IMG/VR virus record: IMGVR_UViG_3300032257_000565 | Span: 1 to 36,635 of that record | Direction: 5' to 3' (one strand) | From: a virus | Lineage: Duplodnaviria > Caudoviricetes | DNA length: 36,635 bases | Shown: positions 26,835 to 35,948 of the stretch, piece after piece | Layout of the letters: each line of letters starts with the position of its first letter | Position numbering within the stretch: the first letter of the stretch is position 1 | Made by a program: the position numbers and the translations under genes | Notes under the pieces: model-generated | Database searches by the model: none | Seen by the model: the letters and a program-made list of their open reading frames with translations, nothing else | What the model was told of the DNA's origin: nothing

Positions 26835-27467
26835 ATGTCACAACGAGCTGAAAAAAATGAAACCGAAATACCACGTGGTTATATGATGGATGCAAACGAA
26901 CACCTGGTACCCATTAAAACCATTAAACAAATTGACCTTGATAGAGACAAGCTGGTGATTGATGTTGTTAAAAAAGCAAAAAAAATACGTGACCCGTTAG
27001 CAGAATTTAAAAAGCAAACGAGCCAGCGCATTGAAGACTTTATAAAACACTCTGCAGCTCAGTACGATGCAAAGGTAGGCGGCAGTAAAGGCAATGTGTC
27101 TTTGTATTCATTCGATGGTAAATATAAGTTAATGCGCACCTTCACTGACTTTCTGCAATTTGATGAACAGATACAGGTCGCGAAAGCATTAATTGATGAG
27201 TGTATTATGGCTTGGTCGAAAGGTTCAAATGTCAATATTAAAGCCATTGTGATGAAAGCATTTAAAGCCGATAAGCAAGGCAACCTGAGCATTCAACGGG
27301 TGCTGGAATTAAAACAGCATAACTTTAAAGATGAGAAATGGGTGCAGGCGATGAAAGCCATTGATAACTCTATGCACATGGTAGGGCGTAAATCATACCT
27401 GCGTATTTATGAACGCGATGCACAGGGCCAGTATCAACCCATGTCATTAGATATTGCAGCGTTATGA
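26835..27467 (+). CDS. DUF3164 family protein
   Basis: GYM.DA...LVP...IK..D..RD, GG.KGNV.L.SFDG, FDE....AK.LIDEC, KSYLR.YER. Confidence 0.9.
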   Translation: MSQRAEKNETEIPRGYMMDANEHLVPIKTIKQIDLDRDKLVIDVVKKAKKIRDPLAEFKKQTSQRIEDFIKHSAAQYDAKVGGSKGNVSLYSFDGKYKLMRTFTDFLQFDEQIQVAKALIDECIMAWSKGSNVNIKAIVMKAFKADKQGNLSIQRVLELKQHNFKDEKWVQAMKAIDNSMHMVGRKSYLRIYERDAQGQYQPMSLDIAAL

Positions 27468-27688
27468 GTAGCAGCAAAGAGCTAACCGTGGATGATGTTA
27501 TGCGGGTTGCCTGCATGATGTCACAAGAGCTGCAGGAGTTTGTAGACGATGCGGTTGAGTGTGGCTCTGATTTGCCCGGCACACGTGCGTTAATTAAAGA
27601 CTTCGATAAAGTTGCTAACCGTTGGGTCAAACCATGGCAGGAAGAAATTTTATCTGTTGATGGTTGCGATTCAAGTTTAAATATTTAG
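27464..27688 (+). CDS. Hypothetical protein
   Basis: ATGA overlap, in operon. Confidence 0.65.
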   Translation: MSSSKELTVDDVMRVACMMSQELQEFVDDAVECGSDLPGTRALIKDFDKVANRWVKPWQEEILSVDGCDSSLNI

Positions 27689-27892
27689 GTGAAAATTATG
27701 CAAGATAAATTAATGAAATTCGACCCAACAAATGGTTCGAGAATCCCTTACCCATCACAAGCAAGACAGTTTAGAGAATATCATGGAGAAGTAGCATGGC
27801 TTTTTAATCCGTGGTCAGGTCATCAACGAACATCAATGGATATAGGTAGTGACACGTTCGGCCATTTAATTAATGACAATAAAAACACTTAG
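27689..27892 (+). CDS. Hypothetical protein
   Basis: MKFDP..G...PYPS.A.QFR.YHG..AWLFNPW.G..R...DIGSD.FG; start may be ATG 27698. Confidence 0.7.
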   Translation: MKIMQDKLMKFDPTNGSRIPYPSQARQFREYHGEVAWLFNPWSGHQRTSMDIGSDTFGHLINDNKNT

Positions 27893-27901
27893 GATAAAAA
27901 A

Positions 27902-28258
27902 ATGAAATTATTTATATTATTAATGTTGTGTGTGTTAACTGTTGAAGCAAAAACCGAAAAAGAATATCAAGCTCAGCATTGCCCTGGTCGAATGGAAGTG
28001 GTGCTGCCCGACAGAACTCGCATAGATTGCGAAACCACCATTTATGTCATTGAATTTGATTGGGCAAAAAAATGGGCCGAAGGCATTGGGCAAAGTTTGC
28101 ATTATGGTTTGATGACGGGAAAAACACCGGGGCTTACTTTAATAACTGAATCAGAAAAAGATTGTAAGTATGTGGGGCGGGCAGCCAATATTATTAAAGA
28201 ATATTGGCTGCCGGTTCGGCTGCAGACTGTCGGGCCGTTTAAATGTATGGGGCATTGA
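27902..28258 (+). CDS. Signal-peptide protein with PD-(D/E)xK-like nuclease fold
   Basis: MKLFILLMLCVLTVEA signal; E...RID....VIEFD...AEGIGQSLHY. Confidence 0.6.
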   Translation: MKLFILLMLCVLTVEAKTEKEYQAQHCPGRMEVVLPDRTRIDCETTIYVIEFDWAKKWAEGIGQSLHYGLMTGKTPGLTLITESEKDCKYVGRAANIIKEYWLPVRLQTVGPFKCMGH

Positions 28259-28262
28259 TTCA

Positions 28263-28940
28263 GTGAACAATACAAGCGATAAAGAAACAATTGTTAAAAA
28301 AATAGTTAAATGCCTAAGCCTTTCTAAATCAAGTAATGAAAATGAGGCTTCAATTGCATTGCGTCAAGCAAAGAGACTAATGGAAAAACACAATATATCT
28401 AATGTTGATGTTGCTCTAGCTGATGTAGGTGAATCAAAAGTAACAGCGGGCACAAATAACATGCCACCTAGATGGTTGGCAATGCTTGCAAATATGATAT
28501 CTAAATCATTTGGAGTCGAAAACATATTCCTGGAGACTTATAAAACTAATAGTTACACATTTATCGGAATGCGACATAGTGCCGAAGTTGCAAGCTATGC
28601 TTTCACAGTCTTAAGAAGGAAATTAACTAAAGATAGAAATGAGTATTTCAAAAATTTGCGCGGCAAACGTATTAACCGTACACGGAAGGCTGATGTTTTC
28701 GCCGTATCATGGGGGATTGGTGTTACTAATACTGTTGAAACATTTGCACATCCTATGCCAAAAAAAATATACGAAAATTACCTCTCTATACATTATAAGA
28801 ACTTAGCAACCCTCAAGTCGCGAACTCAGAAATTAACTAAACGAAGTTTCACCGCATATTTAGATGGAGCAAACGCTTCAAAGAATGTGTCGTTACACTA
28901 TGGTGTTAATGGTGAAAATCAGAAATTAATTGAGACATAG
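28263..28940 (+). CDS. DUF2786 domain protein
   Basis: KIVKCLSLSKSSNENEA..ALRQA..LMEKH; start re-assigned to GTG 28263. Confidence 0.85.
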   Translation: MNNTSDKETIVKKIVKCLSLSKSSNENEASIALRQAKRLMEKHNISNVDVALADVGESKVTAGTNNMPPRWLAMLANMISKSFGVENIFLETYKTNSYTFIGMRHSAEVASYAFTVLRRKLTKDRNEYFKNLRGKRINRTRKADVFAVSWGIGVTNTVETFAHPMPKKIYENYLSIHYKNLATLKSRTQKLTKRSFTAYLDGANASKNVSLHYGVNGENQKLIET

Positions 28941-28942
28941 TT

Positions 28943-29383
28943 ATGAGCAACAGAAACAAATACTACGGCTTATTACAAATAGGCAAAAAAACGCTGACCA
29001 TGGATGAAGACACTTATCGAAAGTTTCTGCAGCAACATGGTGCTAAAAATAAAGGCGATCGTATTTCAGCAAGCACAATGAAACTGGGCGAGTTGGTTGC
29101 CGCGGTAGCCGATATGGAAAAAATGGGTTTTAAACGCACCCGCAAGTCGGCCATTAACGTTAACAACTGGCGAAAGCCCAGGCTTAATAAAATAACCGCG
29201 TTGTGGTGCACACTGGCCGATGCGGGCGTGGTGCGCAACCGCAGTGAAATGGCGATGCATGATTTTTGCAGCAAACAAATGAAAAGCGACAAGCTACAAT
29301 GGGCCAGTGCGGGTGATTTAAACAAATGCATAGAAGCATTAAAGGGCATGGCAAAACGCGAGGGTGTTAACATTAATGCCTAG
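28943..29383 (+). CDS. gemA: GemA / Mu gp16 (DUF1018) regulatory protein
   Basis: I.KK.L.MDEDTYR..L, KI.ALW..L...G.VRN.SE.A, IEALK. Confidence 0.9.
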   Translation: MSNRNKYYGLLQIGKKTLTMDEDTYRKFLQQHGAKNKGDRISASTMKLGELVAAVADMEKMGFKRTRKSAINVNNWRKPRLNKITALWCTLADAGVVRNRSEMAMHDFCSKQMKSDKLQWASAGDLNKCIEALKGMAKREGVNINA

Positions 29384-29816
29384 CAGTGCTATAAATATTT
29401 CAGATGAAGAGTTGGTAACAATGTACCAGGTTGATGAATGCCAGTTACCACCGCAAATGAGAGCATTGGTTAATATTATAGGGCTGCCTGAAACGGTTAA
29501 ACTATTACGCGCAAAAGGCGGGCATCGCCTTTTAATTCCGCTAGGTAAAAAAGAAGAAACATTACTGCATGATTTAATTAGTGACAATGCGGTTGAAAAA
29601 CTTTGCAAAAGTGATTTTGCTGGGCAGCGGTTAACGCTTCCGAAAGTTGATAAAATTTTAAATCAAATTCGTGATCACCATATTCGCTCAATGCCAAACG
29701 TGGCTAAGGCGGTTTTTGCAACTCAATACAATTTGACTCAGCGGCACGTTCAACGTTTACGAAATACAACAGATGACAATCCAACACTTGACATGTTTGA
29801 TGACTCAATGCAATGA
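29376..29816 (+). CDS. mor: Mor/C family late transcription activator
   Basis: LP.....LV.IIG...T.KL....GG..L.IP; C-terminal RD..I.........FA..YNLT.RHV HTH; between gemA and lysis. Confidence 0.88.
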   Translation: MPSSAINISDEELVTMYQVDECQLPPQMRALVNIIGLPETVKLLRAKGGHRLLIPLGKKEETLLHDLISDNAVEKLCKSDFAGQRLTLPKVDKILNQIRDHHIRSMPNVAKAVFATQYNLTQRHVQRLRNTTDDNPTLDMFDDSMQ

Positions 29817-29856
29817 TATTGCCTCACCTTATGGTTTAATTATCTGACCAGCCCAA

Positions 29857-29906
29857 AGGGGAGACGCTTGTCTCCCCTCTTTTTTTGCCCTTCTTTAATT
29901 CATGCT
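29857..29906 (+). promoter_or_regulatory. Dyad: putative Mor/C box of the lysis promoter, also shaped as an intrinsic terminator of the early operon
   Basis: AGGGGAGAC-GCTT-GTCTCCCCT followed by CTTTTTTT; CATGCT 22 nt further; ATG 29914 7 nt after that. Confidence 0.65.
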
Positions 29907-29913
29907 GCTAACC

Positions 29914-30453
29914 ATGGATACGAAAAACCCAATACTTGAAATAGCACTCGAACATTTGTTTGGGCTGGAGGGCGGTTATGTAAACGACTCATCTGATCGA
30001 GGCGGCGAAACCAAATACGGCATTTCAAAAAAAGCCTACCCTAAACTCAACATTAAAAACTTAACTATCGAGCAGGCTTCTGCTATTTACAAACAGGACT
30101 ATTGGGATGTTTGTAAATGTGATGATATGGATATTGAAATGGCTATAGCCGTATTTGATGCCGCAGTCAATCACGGCCCTCGTAAAGCGGCGATGTTTTT
30201 GCAACAACTCGTTAAATCAAAACTTGATGGCGTTATTGGTAATAAAACCCTCGCTTCACTTCGCAAGCATTTAGTGCTTAATTCAACCAGTGAGTTAATT
30301 ATTAAATACTTAGGGATTCGTGCGCAATTTTATCACGACATTGTGCGCGGCGACTCAAGCCAGGCTAAGTTTTTAAAAGGTTGGTTTATTCGTTTATTTA
30401 AACTTCAAAAGTTTATTATTTTAGATGTGGGGCTAATAGATTGGAACCGATAA
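29914..30453 (+). CDS. Endolysin, glycoside hydrolase family 108 with peptidoglycan-binding domain
   Basis: EGGYVND..DRGGETKYGIS, YW, FDAAVNHG, DGVIG.KTL, F.KGW..R; ORF open from 29902. Confidence 0.93.
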   Translation: MDTKNPILEIALEHLFGLEGGYVNDSSDRGGETKYGISKKAYPKLNIKNLTIEQASAIYKQDYWDVCKCDDMDIEMAIAVFDAAVNHGPRKAAMFLQQLVKSKLDGVIGNKTLASLRKHLVLNSTSELIIKYLGIRAQFYHDIVRGDSSQAKFLKGWFIRLFKLQKFIILDVGLIDWNR

Positions 30454-31004
30454 GCCTTGCTCTTGGATTAAGTGAATTAATACCCGCCATTGTTGGTTGG
30501 TTTGGCAATGAAGATGATGCAGAAACGGCTAATAAAATTATTGATGTTGCTAAATCGGTTGCCGGTATTAACAACGCTATGAGTGCAGTAGAAGATATTA
30601 AAAACAATCCCTCGCTGCATATTGAATTTAAGAAAGCAATGCAACCCATTATTATTTCCCGCCTTGAAGAAAATACAAAACGCTTACAAGCCACAAACGA
30701 AACAATGCGCGCCGAGTATGCCAGTAAAAGCTGGTACATATCTGGCTGGCGACCCACTTTTGGTTATATCGTTGCTTTCTCATGGCTGTTTATGATGGTG
30801 GCATTAGGCCTAACCATTATTAGTGAGCCAGCAAAAGCACCTGCCATTATTAATGCGATGGCATCGCTCTCCTTTATGTGGGGCATTGCATTGGCCGTGC
30901 TAGGCGTAAATGTTCAACAACGCAGCAAAGACAAACAACTCGCTGCAGGCCAAGCACCTGTGCCTGGAATTTTATCAACCCTCACTCACAGATTAATAAA
31001 GTAA
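30441..31004 (+). CDS. Putative holin (3TM family)
   Basis: E..S.....SGWRP..GY then two hydrophobic segments and LG....RS.DK. Confidence 0.75.
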   Translation: MEPISLALGLSELIPAIVGWFGNEDDAETANKIIDVAKSVAGINNAMSAVEDIKNNPSLHIEFKKAMQPIIISRLEENTKRLQATNETMRAEYASKSWYISGWRPTFGYIVAFSWLFMMVALGLTIISEPAKAPAIINAMASLSFMWGIALAVLGVNVQQRSKDKQLAAGQAPVPGILSTLTHRLIK

Positions 31005-31010
31005 ACGCTT

Positions 31011-31256
31011 ATGCAACTAGCCGATAAAAATGATGTAGCTACACAAATTGAAGAAACAGAGCGTGAGCGAATTATTAATGCGCATAAATACAGGCCTGTT
31101 GAAACACCATTAGAAATATATGGGGTTCGGGTATGCAAAAACTGTGAAGAAACAATTGAGCCTGCAAGATTGGCGGCATTGCCCACATCAGTTCGATGTG
31201 TTTTTTGCCAAAATGATTTTGATAATTTAAATATTCATAAGGGCAAGCATGTCTGA
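31011..31256 (+). CDS. TraR/DksA C4 zinc-finger protein
   Basis: AD..D.A, CKNCEETIEPARLAALP..VRCVFCQ. Confidence 0.92.
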   Translation: MQLADKNDVATQIEETERERIINAHKYRPVETPLEIYGVRVCKNCEETIEPARLAALPTSVRCVFCQNDFDNLNIHKGKHV

Positions 31257-31470
31257 CTTAGATGAAATCAACCGATCATTGGGCCAGCTTGAAGGCAAAA
31301 TAGATTCAATATTAACCGAGCAAAAAAGACAAAGTAAACGTGATGATATGCTTGATAAACGCTTGCGTAACACTGAAATAACCGGCGCACGCAACGGTGC
31401 CATTGGCGGTGGTTTAATTACCATTGCCATTACACTAATAAAAGAAACGTCCAAAAACTGGATGGGTTAA
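31249..31470 (+). CDS. Small coiled-coil membrane protein
   Basis: LGQLEGKID..RLR..E then Gly-rich hydrophobic C-terminus; position before DUF1804. Confidence 0.7.
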   Translation: MSDLDEINRSLGQLEGKIDSILTEQKRQSKRDDMLDKRLRNTEITGARNGAIGGGLITIAITLIKETSKNWMG

Positions 31471-31473
31471 CGT

Positions 31474-31983
31474 GTGGCATATTCTGAAGAAACACGACTC
31501 AAAGTGCGCCGCTCATTTGTATATGACAAAAAGTCATTACAACATGCGGCCGACTCGCACGATGTAAATTATCAAACTGCCCGTGCCTGGAAACGCAAGT
31601 CTTTTGATGAGGGTGATTGCTGGGATAAAGCCCGCGCTGCCTCTCGCATGGCTGGTGGTGGTGTTGGCGAAATGTCTGCTGAAGTGCTGGAAGATTTTGC
31701 TCGGTTATTTCAAACCACCATTACAGAAATAAAAGACGGTGAATTTTCTGCCATTCAAAAAGCAGAGGTAATGAGCCGCTTGGCTGATGCCTATACTAAA
31801 ACAATGAAAGCAGCTGGTGGTAGTAACCCTAAAATTGCCAAGCTATCGATTGCCATGGAAGTACTCGAAGAGCTGGCAAAATACATTCGCAAAAATTCAC
31901 CTCACGATCTCGAACGCTTCGTTTTAATTTTAGAACCATTCGGTCAACACATTAGTAAGGTGTTATCTAATGCAAGAACGTGA
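31474..31983 (+). CDS. DUF1804 protein, probable terminase small subunit
   Basis: MAYS.ETR..VR..FV, TARAWK....GD.WDKARAA, LADAY.K; precedes TerL. Confidence 0.88.
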   Translation: MAYSEETRLKVRRSFVYDKKSLQHAADSHDVNYQTARAWKRKSFDEGDCWDKARAASRMAGGGVGEMSAEVLEDFARLFQTTITEIKDGEFSAIQKAEVMSRLADAYTKTMKAAGGSNPKIAKLSIAMEVLEELAKYIRKNSPHDLERFVLILEPFGQHISKVLSNART

Positions 31984-33697
31984 ATTTTTAACGGAGCTTG
32001 AAGAGTTACAAGTTTCGCTTCGCCAATCAATCGATGCATTTGCAGCTGGGCTGGATGATAGCCCAGAAGCTATTTTAACGAGACGTAAAAAGGTATTAAC
32101 TGGTGACTTTAATTTCTTTGCCTACACTTATTTTCCTCACCACATTCGTGGTGAATCATCCGAGTTTCAAGCCGATTTTTGCGCCACCTTTCCACAGTTA
32201 CTTCATCAGAAATCGGGTTGTAAGCAATGGTGGGTTGCGCCGCGTGGTGAAGCAAAATCGTCACTACTTACCAAAGTTGGCCCTGTTTTTATTGCTGTTC
32301 TCGGCTTATTACAAAAGCTTGAAGTACGTGCAGCTGTTGGCATTAATAAAGTTCCTCCTTTCCTGGACTACGTGGTGCTACTCGGTGCCGAAACCAAAAT
32401 GCCCACTAAATTGTTAATGGTGGTTAAAACAGAACTCGAAAGCAATGCGATGTTGCGAATGGACTTCCCCGAGGTTTGTGGCCGTGGCCCTGTTTGGAAA
32501 GTGGGAGAATTAGTCACCAAAACAAATGTAAAGATTGAACCCTTTGGGGCAGAGCAAGCAATTCGTGGAACCTTCCATGGTGCCAGCCGCCCCAAAGTTT
32601 TAATGGGTGATGATTTAATCACCGATAAAGAATCGAAAAGCCCAACCGAACGAGATAATCGTTGGGACTGGTTAGAAAAAGCCATTGATTATTTAGGCCC
32701 ACCCGATGGTAGTGTCAAGTTTTTTGGTGTAGGCACCATATTAAACAAAGATGATTTAATTTCACGCGCTAAAAATACGATTGGGCATTTAGTAAATCAC
32801 TTTAAAGCCATTATACAGTTTCCAGTAAATAATGATTTATGGGAATTGTGCGAAGAGCAAATGCGCAATGATGACCCCAAGGCCGAATTAAAAGCCAAGC
32901 GAAAAAGCCAAGTGTTAGATGAATCTGAATTGCCATCTTATAAGTTTTATTTAAAAAATAAAACCCGTATGGATAAAGGGGCAAAAACTTCATGGCCTTC
33001 TGTGCGATCTTTATTTTGGTTAATGAAACAACGGGCTAAAAATCGTAAAGCTTTTGGCACTGAAATGCAGGGTGACCCTCGCAGTGATGAAGACAAGGTT
33101 TTTACCGGTATGACTTTTTGGGTTAAAAAATTACCGCACTGGATTCACTTCGGTGCTTGTGACCCGTCTATGGGTAAAACCCAAACCGCTGACCCCAGTG
33201 CAATAGTTGTGGGGGCTATGGATACTGAAACAAGTAAGCTGCATGTTGTTGAGGCACTATCTAAACGTCGAGTTACAAGTAAATTAGAAAGTGATTTAGT
33301 TGCTATTCAACGTGAATTTAATTGCCAAGCAATTGGTTTTGAAAACAATACCGCATTTGAATATATGCGTACCGATTTCCGCCGCCGTGCGCTGGCAGAT
33401 CATGATATTGCATTGCCTTTAGTTGGTGTTACTTCAATAGTAGATATGGCAGTGCGCATTGATTCACTTGAGCCATTCATTAATGACATTGACCCACAAA
33501 TTTTATTTCATGCTAAACAAACTCAGCTGCTCGACCAATTGGATGAGTGGCCAGAAAAGCAAACTAACCACCATTTCGATTCATTAGTTGCACTGCATAT
33601 TCTTTGGATGATTTCATCTACTCGAGCAGGCGGGCTTCCAAAAATTGTAACGTCAAGTCGTAGCCGACGCTCACGTAAAGGTATACCAGGTTATTAA
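31970..33697 (+). CDS. Terminase large subunit (Mu gp28-like)
   Basis: APRGEAKS Walker A, RG..HG..RP..L.GDD, VGTIL, GACDPSMG, E.N..F. Confidence 0.94.
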   Translation: MQEREFLTELEELQVSLRQSIDAFAAGLDDSPEAILTRRKKVLTGDFNFFAYTYFPHHIRGESSEFQADFCATFPQLLHQKSGCKQWWVAPRGEAKSSLLTKVGPVFIAVLGLLQKLEVRAAVGINKVPPFLDYVVLLGAETKMPTKLLMVVKTELESNAMLRMDFPEVCGRGPVWKVGELVTKTNVKIEPFGAEQAIRGTFHGASRPKVLMGDDLITDKESKSPTERDNRWDWLEKAIDYLGPPDGSVKFFGVGTILNKDDLISRAKNTIGHLVNHFKAIIQFPVNNDLWELCEEQMRNDDPKAELKAKRKSQVLDESELPSYKFYLKNKTRMDKGAKTSWPSVRSLFWLMKQRAKNRKAFGTEMQGDPRSDEDKVFTGMTFWVKKLPHWIHFGACDPSMGKTQTADPSAIVVGAMDTETSKLHVVEALSKRRVTSKLESDLVAIQREFNCQAIGFENNTAFEYMRTDFRRRALADHDIALPLVGVTSIVDMAVRIDSLEPFINDIDPQILFHAKQTQLLDQLDEWPEKQTNHHFDSLVALHILWMISSTRAGGLPKIVTSSRSRRSRKGIPGY

Positions 33698-33699
33698 TC

Positions 33700-35214
33700 A
33701 TGCACGACTCAGATATTAAAAAAGCCTCTAAAGGCACCTTGAAATCAGAAATTGCTACTCGCACTAGCGACCCGAATTTTTATGCTGGGCTTTCTTTTTT
33801 GCCTAACCCAGATGAAGTGCTTCGTAAAATGGGTAAGGCCCAAGAGGTGTTTGAAGCTATTGTTTTAGATAGTCATGTAATTGGTGAGTTACGTTCAGTG
33901 CGCTCTGCCTTTTTAGGGTTTGAATATCGGCTTTCACCCGGCGGTGATTCAGCTGCAGACATTCACGCTTTGGAGTTATGTCAAAAAATACTTCAAGATA
34001 AGCCTGCTCATGGTATGCAATGGTCTGACACGATTTGGAATATGGCGCAGGGTGTTTTTCGGGGTTATAAAGTACACGAAGTGGTGTGGAAAAAAGAGGG
34101 TCAATTTCTGGTACCGGACATGGTTGTTGATAGACCCAATCGCCGTTTTGTTTTTTCACCTGACAATGAGTTACGACTACTTACCCAAACCAATCAAACC
34201 GATGGTATAACATTGGGCGATAAAAAGTGGTTATTAACTCGTCATATGCACAGTTATGAAAACCCATATGGCGTAGCGTTATTCAGTGCATGTTTCTGGC
34301 CGTATATTTTTAAGCATAACGGCTTTAAATATTTTATGAAGTTCTGTGAGAAATATGGCATTCCATGGGCCATTGGCAAGTACCCACAGGGCACACCGAT
34401 TGATGAACAAAATGCATTGGCCGATCAACTCGCCGATATGGTTGAAGATGGTGTTGCCGCGATTCCTGATAATGGTTCAGTTGAATTGTTAGAGCATTCA
34501 ACATCGGGCGAGCTAGTGCACGAGCGTTTAATTAATGTTTGTAATAAAGAAATATCAAAAGCGCTGACATCTCAAACACTGGCTACCGACATTCAGGGGG
34601 CGGGGTCACGCGCTGCAAGTGAAACTCATCGAGAACGCGAGCAATCAGTTAATGAGTCAGACCGTAAAATTATTTGCGATACATTTAATCAGTTATTTGC
34701 ATGGGTGACTGAATTAAATTTTGCGGGGGCTATGCCACCTAAGTTTGAATTTTTTGAAGAGGCTGAAGCACGTAAAGATTGGACTGAGGTTTTTGATATA
34801 GGTCGTAATTATATAAATATTCCCGCAGCCTTTGCTCATGATCGGTTGCAAATACCAATGCCACAAGATAATGAAGATGTGCTTCCACAAGGCAACAGCA
34901 CAACTATGCCAAACGCGGCCCAGTTTAATAAGTGCCCAAATTGCGGCGGTGGTCATGATTTTTCAAAACACAATGCAAGCGACACATCAGGCCAACTAGC
35001 TGAAAAAGCAGCTGACCGTGCTGATAAGTTAATTGCGGGTTTAACTAAACCCATTAAAGATTTATTAGCCAACTCAAAAACGTTGCAAGAGTTTAGAAAC
35101 GGCCTTGAATTTATCGCACCTGATATGGATGAAAAAGAATTGGCAGAAATGAATTCATTGGCTTTTTTAACGGGGTTGCTCGACGGCATGAATGAGATAG
35201 AAAAAGATGGTTGA
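33700..35214 (+). CDS. Portal protein (Mu gp29, DUF935)
   Basis: D.HV, NPYG.AL...C.WP..FK, F.EKYG.PW.IGK, ISKA...QTL.T, GS.AA.ETH. Confidence 0.94.
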   Translation: MHDSDIKKASKGTLKSEIATRTSDPNFYAGLSFLPNPDEVLRKMGKAQEVFEAIVLDSHVIGELRSVRSAFLGFEYRLSPGGDSAADIHALELCQKILQDKPAHGMQWSDTIWNMAQGVFRGYKVHEVVWKKEGQFLVPDMVVDRPNRRFVFSPDNELRLLTQTNQTDGITLGDKKWLLTRHMHSYENPYGVALFSACFWPYIFKHNGFKYFMKFCEKYGIPWAIGKYPQGTPIDEQNALADQLADMVEDGVAAIPDNGSVELLEHSTSGELVHERLINVCNKEISKALTSQTLATDIQGAGSRAASETHREREQSVNESDRKIICDTFNQLFAWVTELNFAGAMPPKFEFFEEAEARKDWTEVFDIGRNYINIPAAFAHDRLQIPMPQDNEDVLPQGNSTTMPNAAQFNKCPNCGGGHDFSKHNASDTSGQLAEKAADRADKLIAGLTKPIKDLLANSKTLQEFRNGLEFIAPDMDEKELAEMNSLAFLTGLLDGMNEIEKDG

Positions 35215-35707
35215 GCTATATAAACCTGCGAATGCGACTGAAGGTTTTCAATTTGAATCAGTTTTTTGTAATCAGTGCACGCACGAAAATAATGACGGTA
35301 GCAGCAATAACAATATGCACTGCGACATACATATGTATGCAATTATTTTTGATATTGATGACCCAAGCTATCCATGTGAATGGGCTTATGACTCACATGG
35401 AAAACCAGTATGCACTTCATTTACGCAAGACCCAAAGCTATATAGATGCGATAAAACTATTGATATGTTTAGTGAGCATTCAAGCCCAGCAAAAGATTAC
35501 GTGCATTCACAATTTTCAGGCCCAATAACAAAAGTGCCATTCACTAAACCAGATGAAGGATATCTAAAGTGTTGTAGCTGTGGCTCAGTAGCTGAGTTTA
35601 AAGCAAATATGACATATGAAGAACAATGCTGCTGTAAGCATGAAGAATGTGATGGGCAGATGTTTTGTAACAAGTGGAGAAACTGGCAGGTTAGTTCATT
35701 TAAATAA
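35207..35707 (+). CDS. Cys-rich hypothetical protein (two probable Zn modules)
   Basis: Y.P.N.TEG..F...FC..C ... C.I ... P.CT.F; C-terminal CCSCG...CCCKHEEC. Confidence 0.7.
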   Translation: MVELYKPANATEGFQFESVFCNQCTHENNDGSSNNNMHCDIHMYAIIFDIDDPSYPCEWAYDSHGKPVCTSFTQDPKLYRCDKTIDMFSEHSSPAKDYVHSQFSGPITKVPFTKPDEGYLKCCSCGSVAEFKANMTYEEQCCCKHEECDGQMFCNKWRNWQVSSFK

Positions 35708-35720
35708 ATAGGAGTATATG

Positions 35721-35945
35721 ATGGATAATCAACATAAAAAAATTAAAGGTTATAGAGAGTTAAATCAAACTGAAATTGATTTAATGAATGAGGGTAAAGA
35801 ACTTGCTGAAAAAGTAGGTGTTTTTATTGCAAAACTTGAGTCAAACAACTTAACTGATAAACGCTGGGTTGCTATAGGTAAAACCGATTTACAACGTGGA
35901 TTCATGATGTCAATTCGTGCTATCGCACAACCTACAACGTTCTAA
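35721..35945 (+). CDS. acb2: Anti-CBASS sponge protein Acb2 family
   Basis: [22 protein letters not shown]...RW.AIGKTD.Q.G.M..IRAIAQP..F matches the Acb2 signature as recalled; GGAG RBS 6 nt before ATG 35721. Confidence 0.9.
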   Translation: MDNQHKKIKGYRELNQTEIDLMNEGKELAEKVGVFIAKLESNNLTDKRWVAIGKTDLQRGFMMSIRAIAQPTTF

Positions 35946-35948
35946 GTT

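Noticed and set aside
28170-28262. Longer start for the DUF2786 gene
   Set aside because: Overlaps the upstream gene; the domain starts just after GTG 28263
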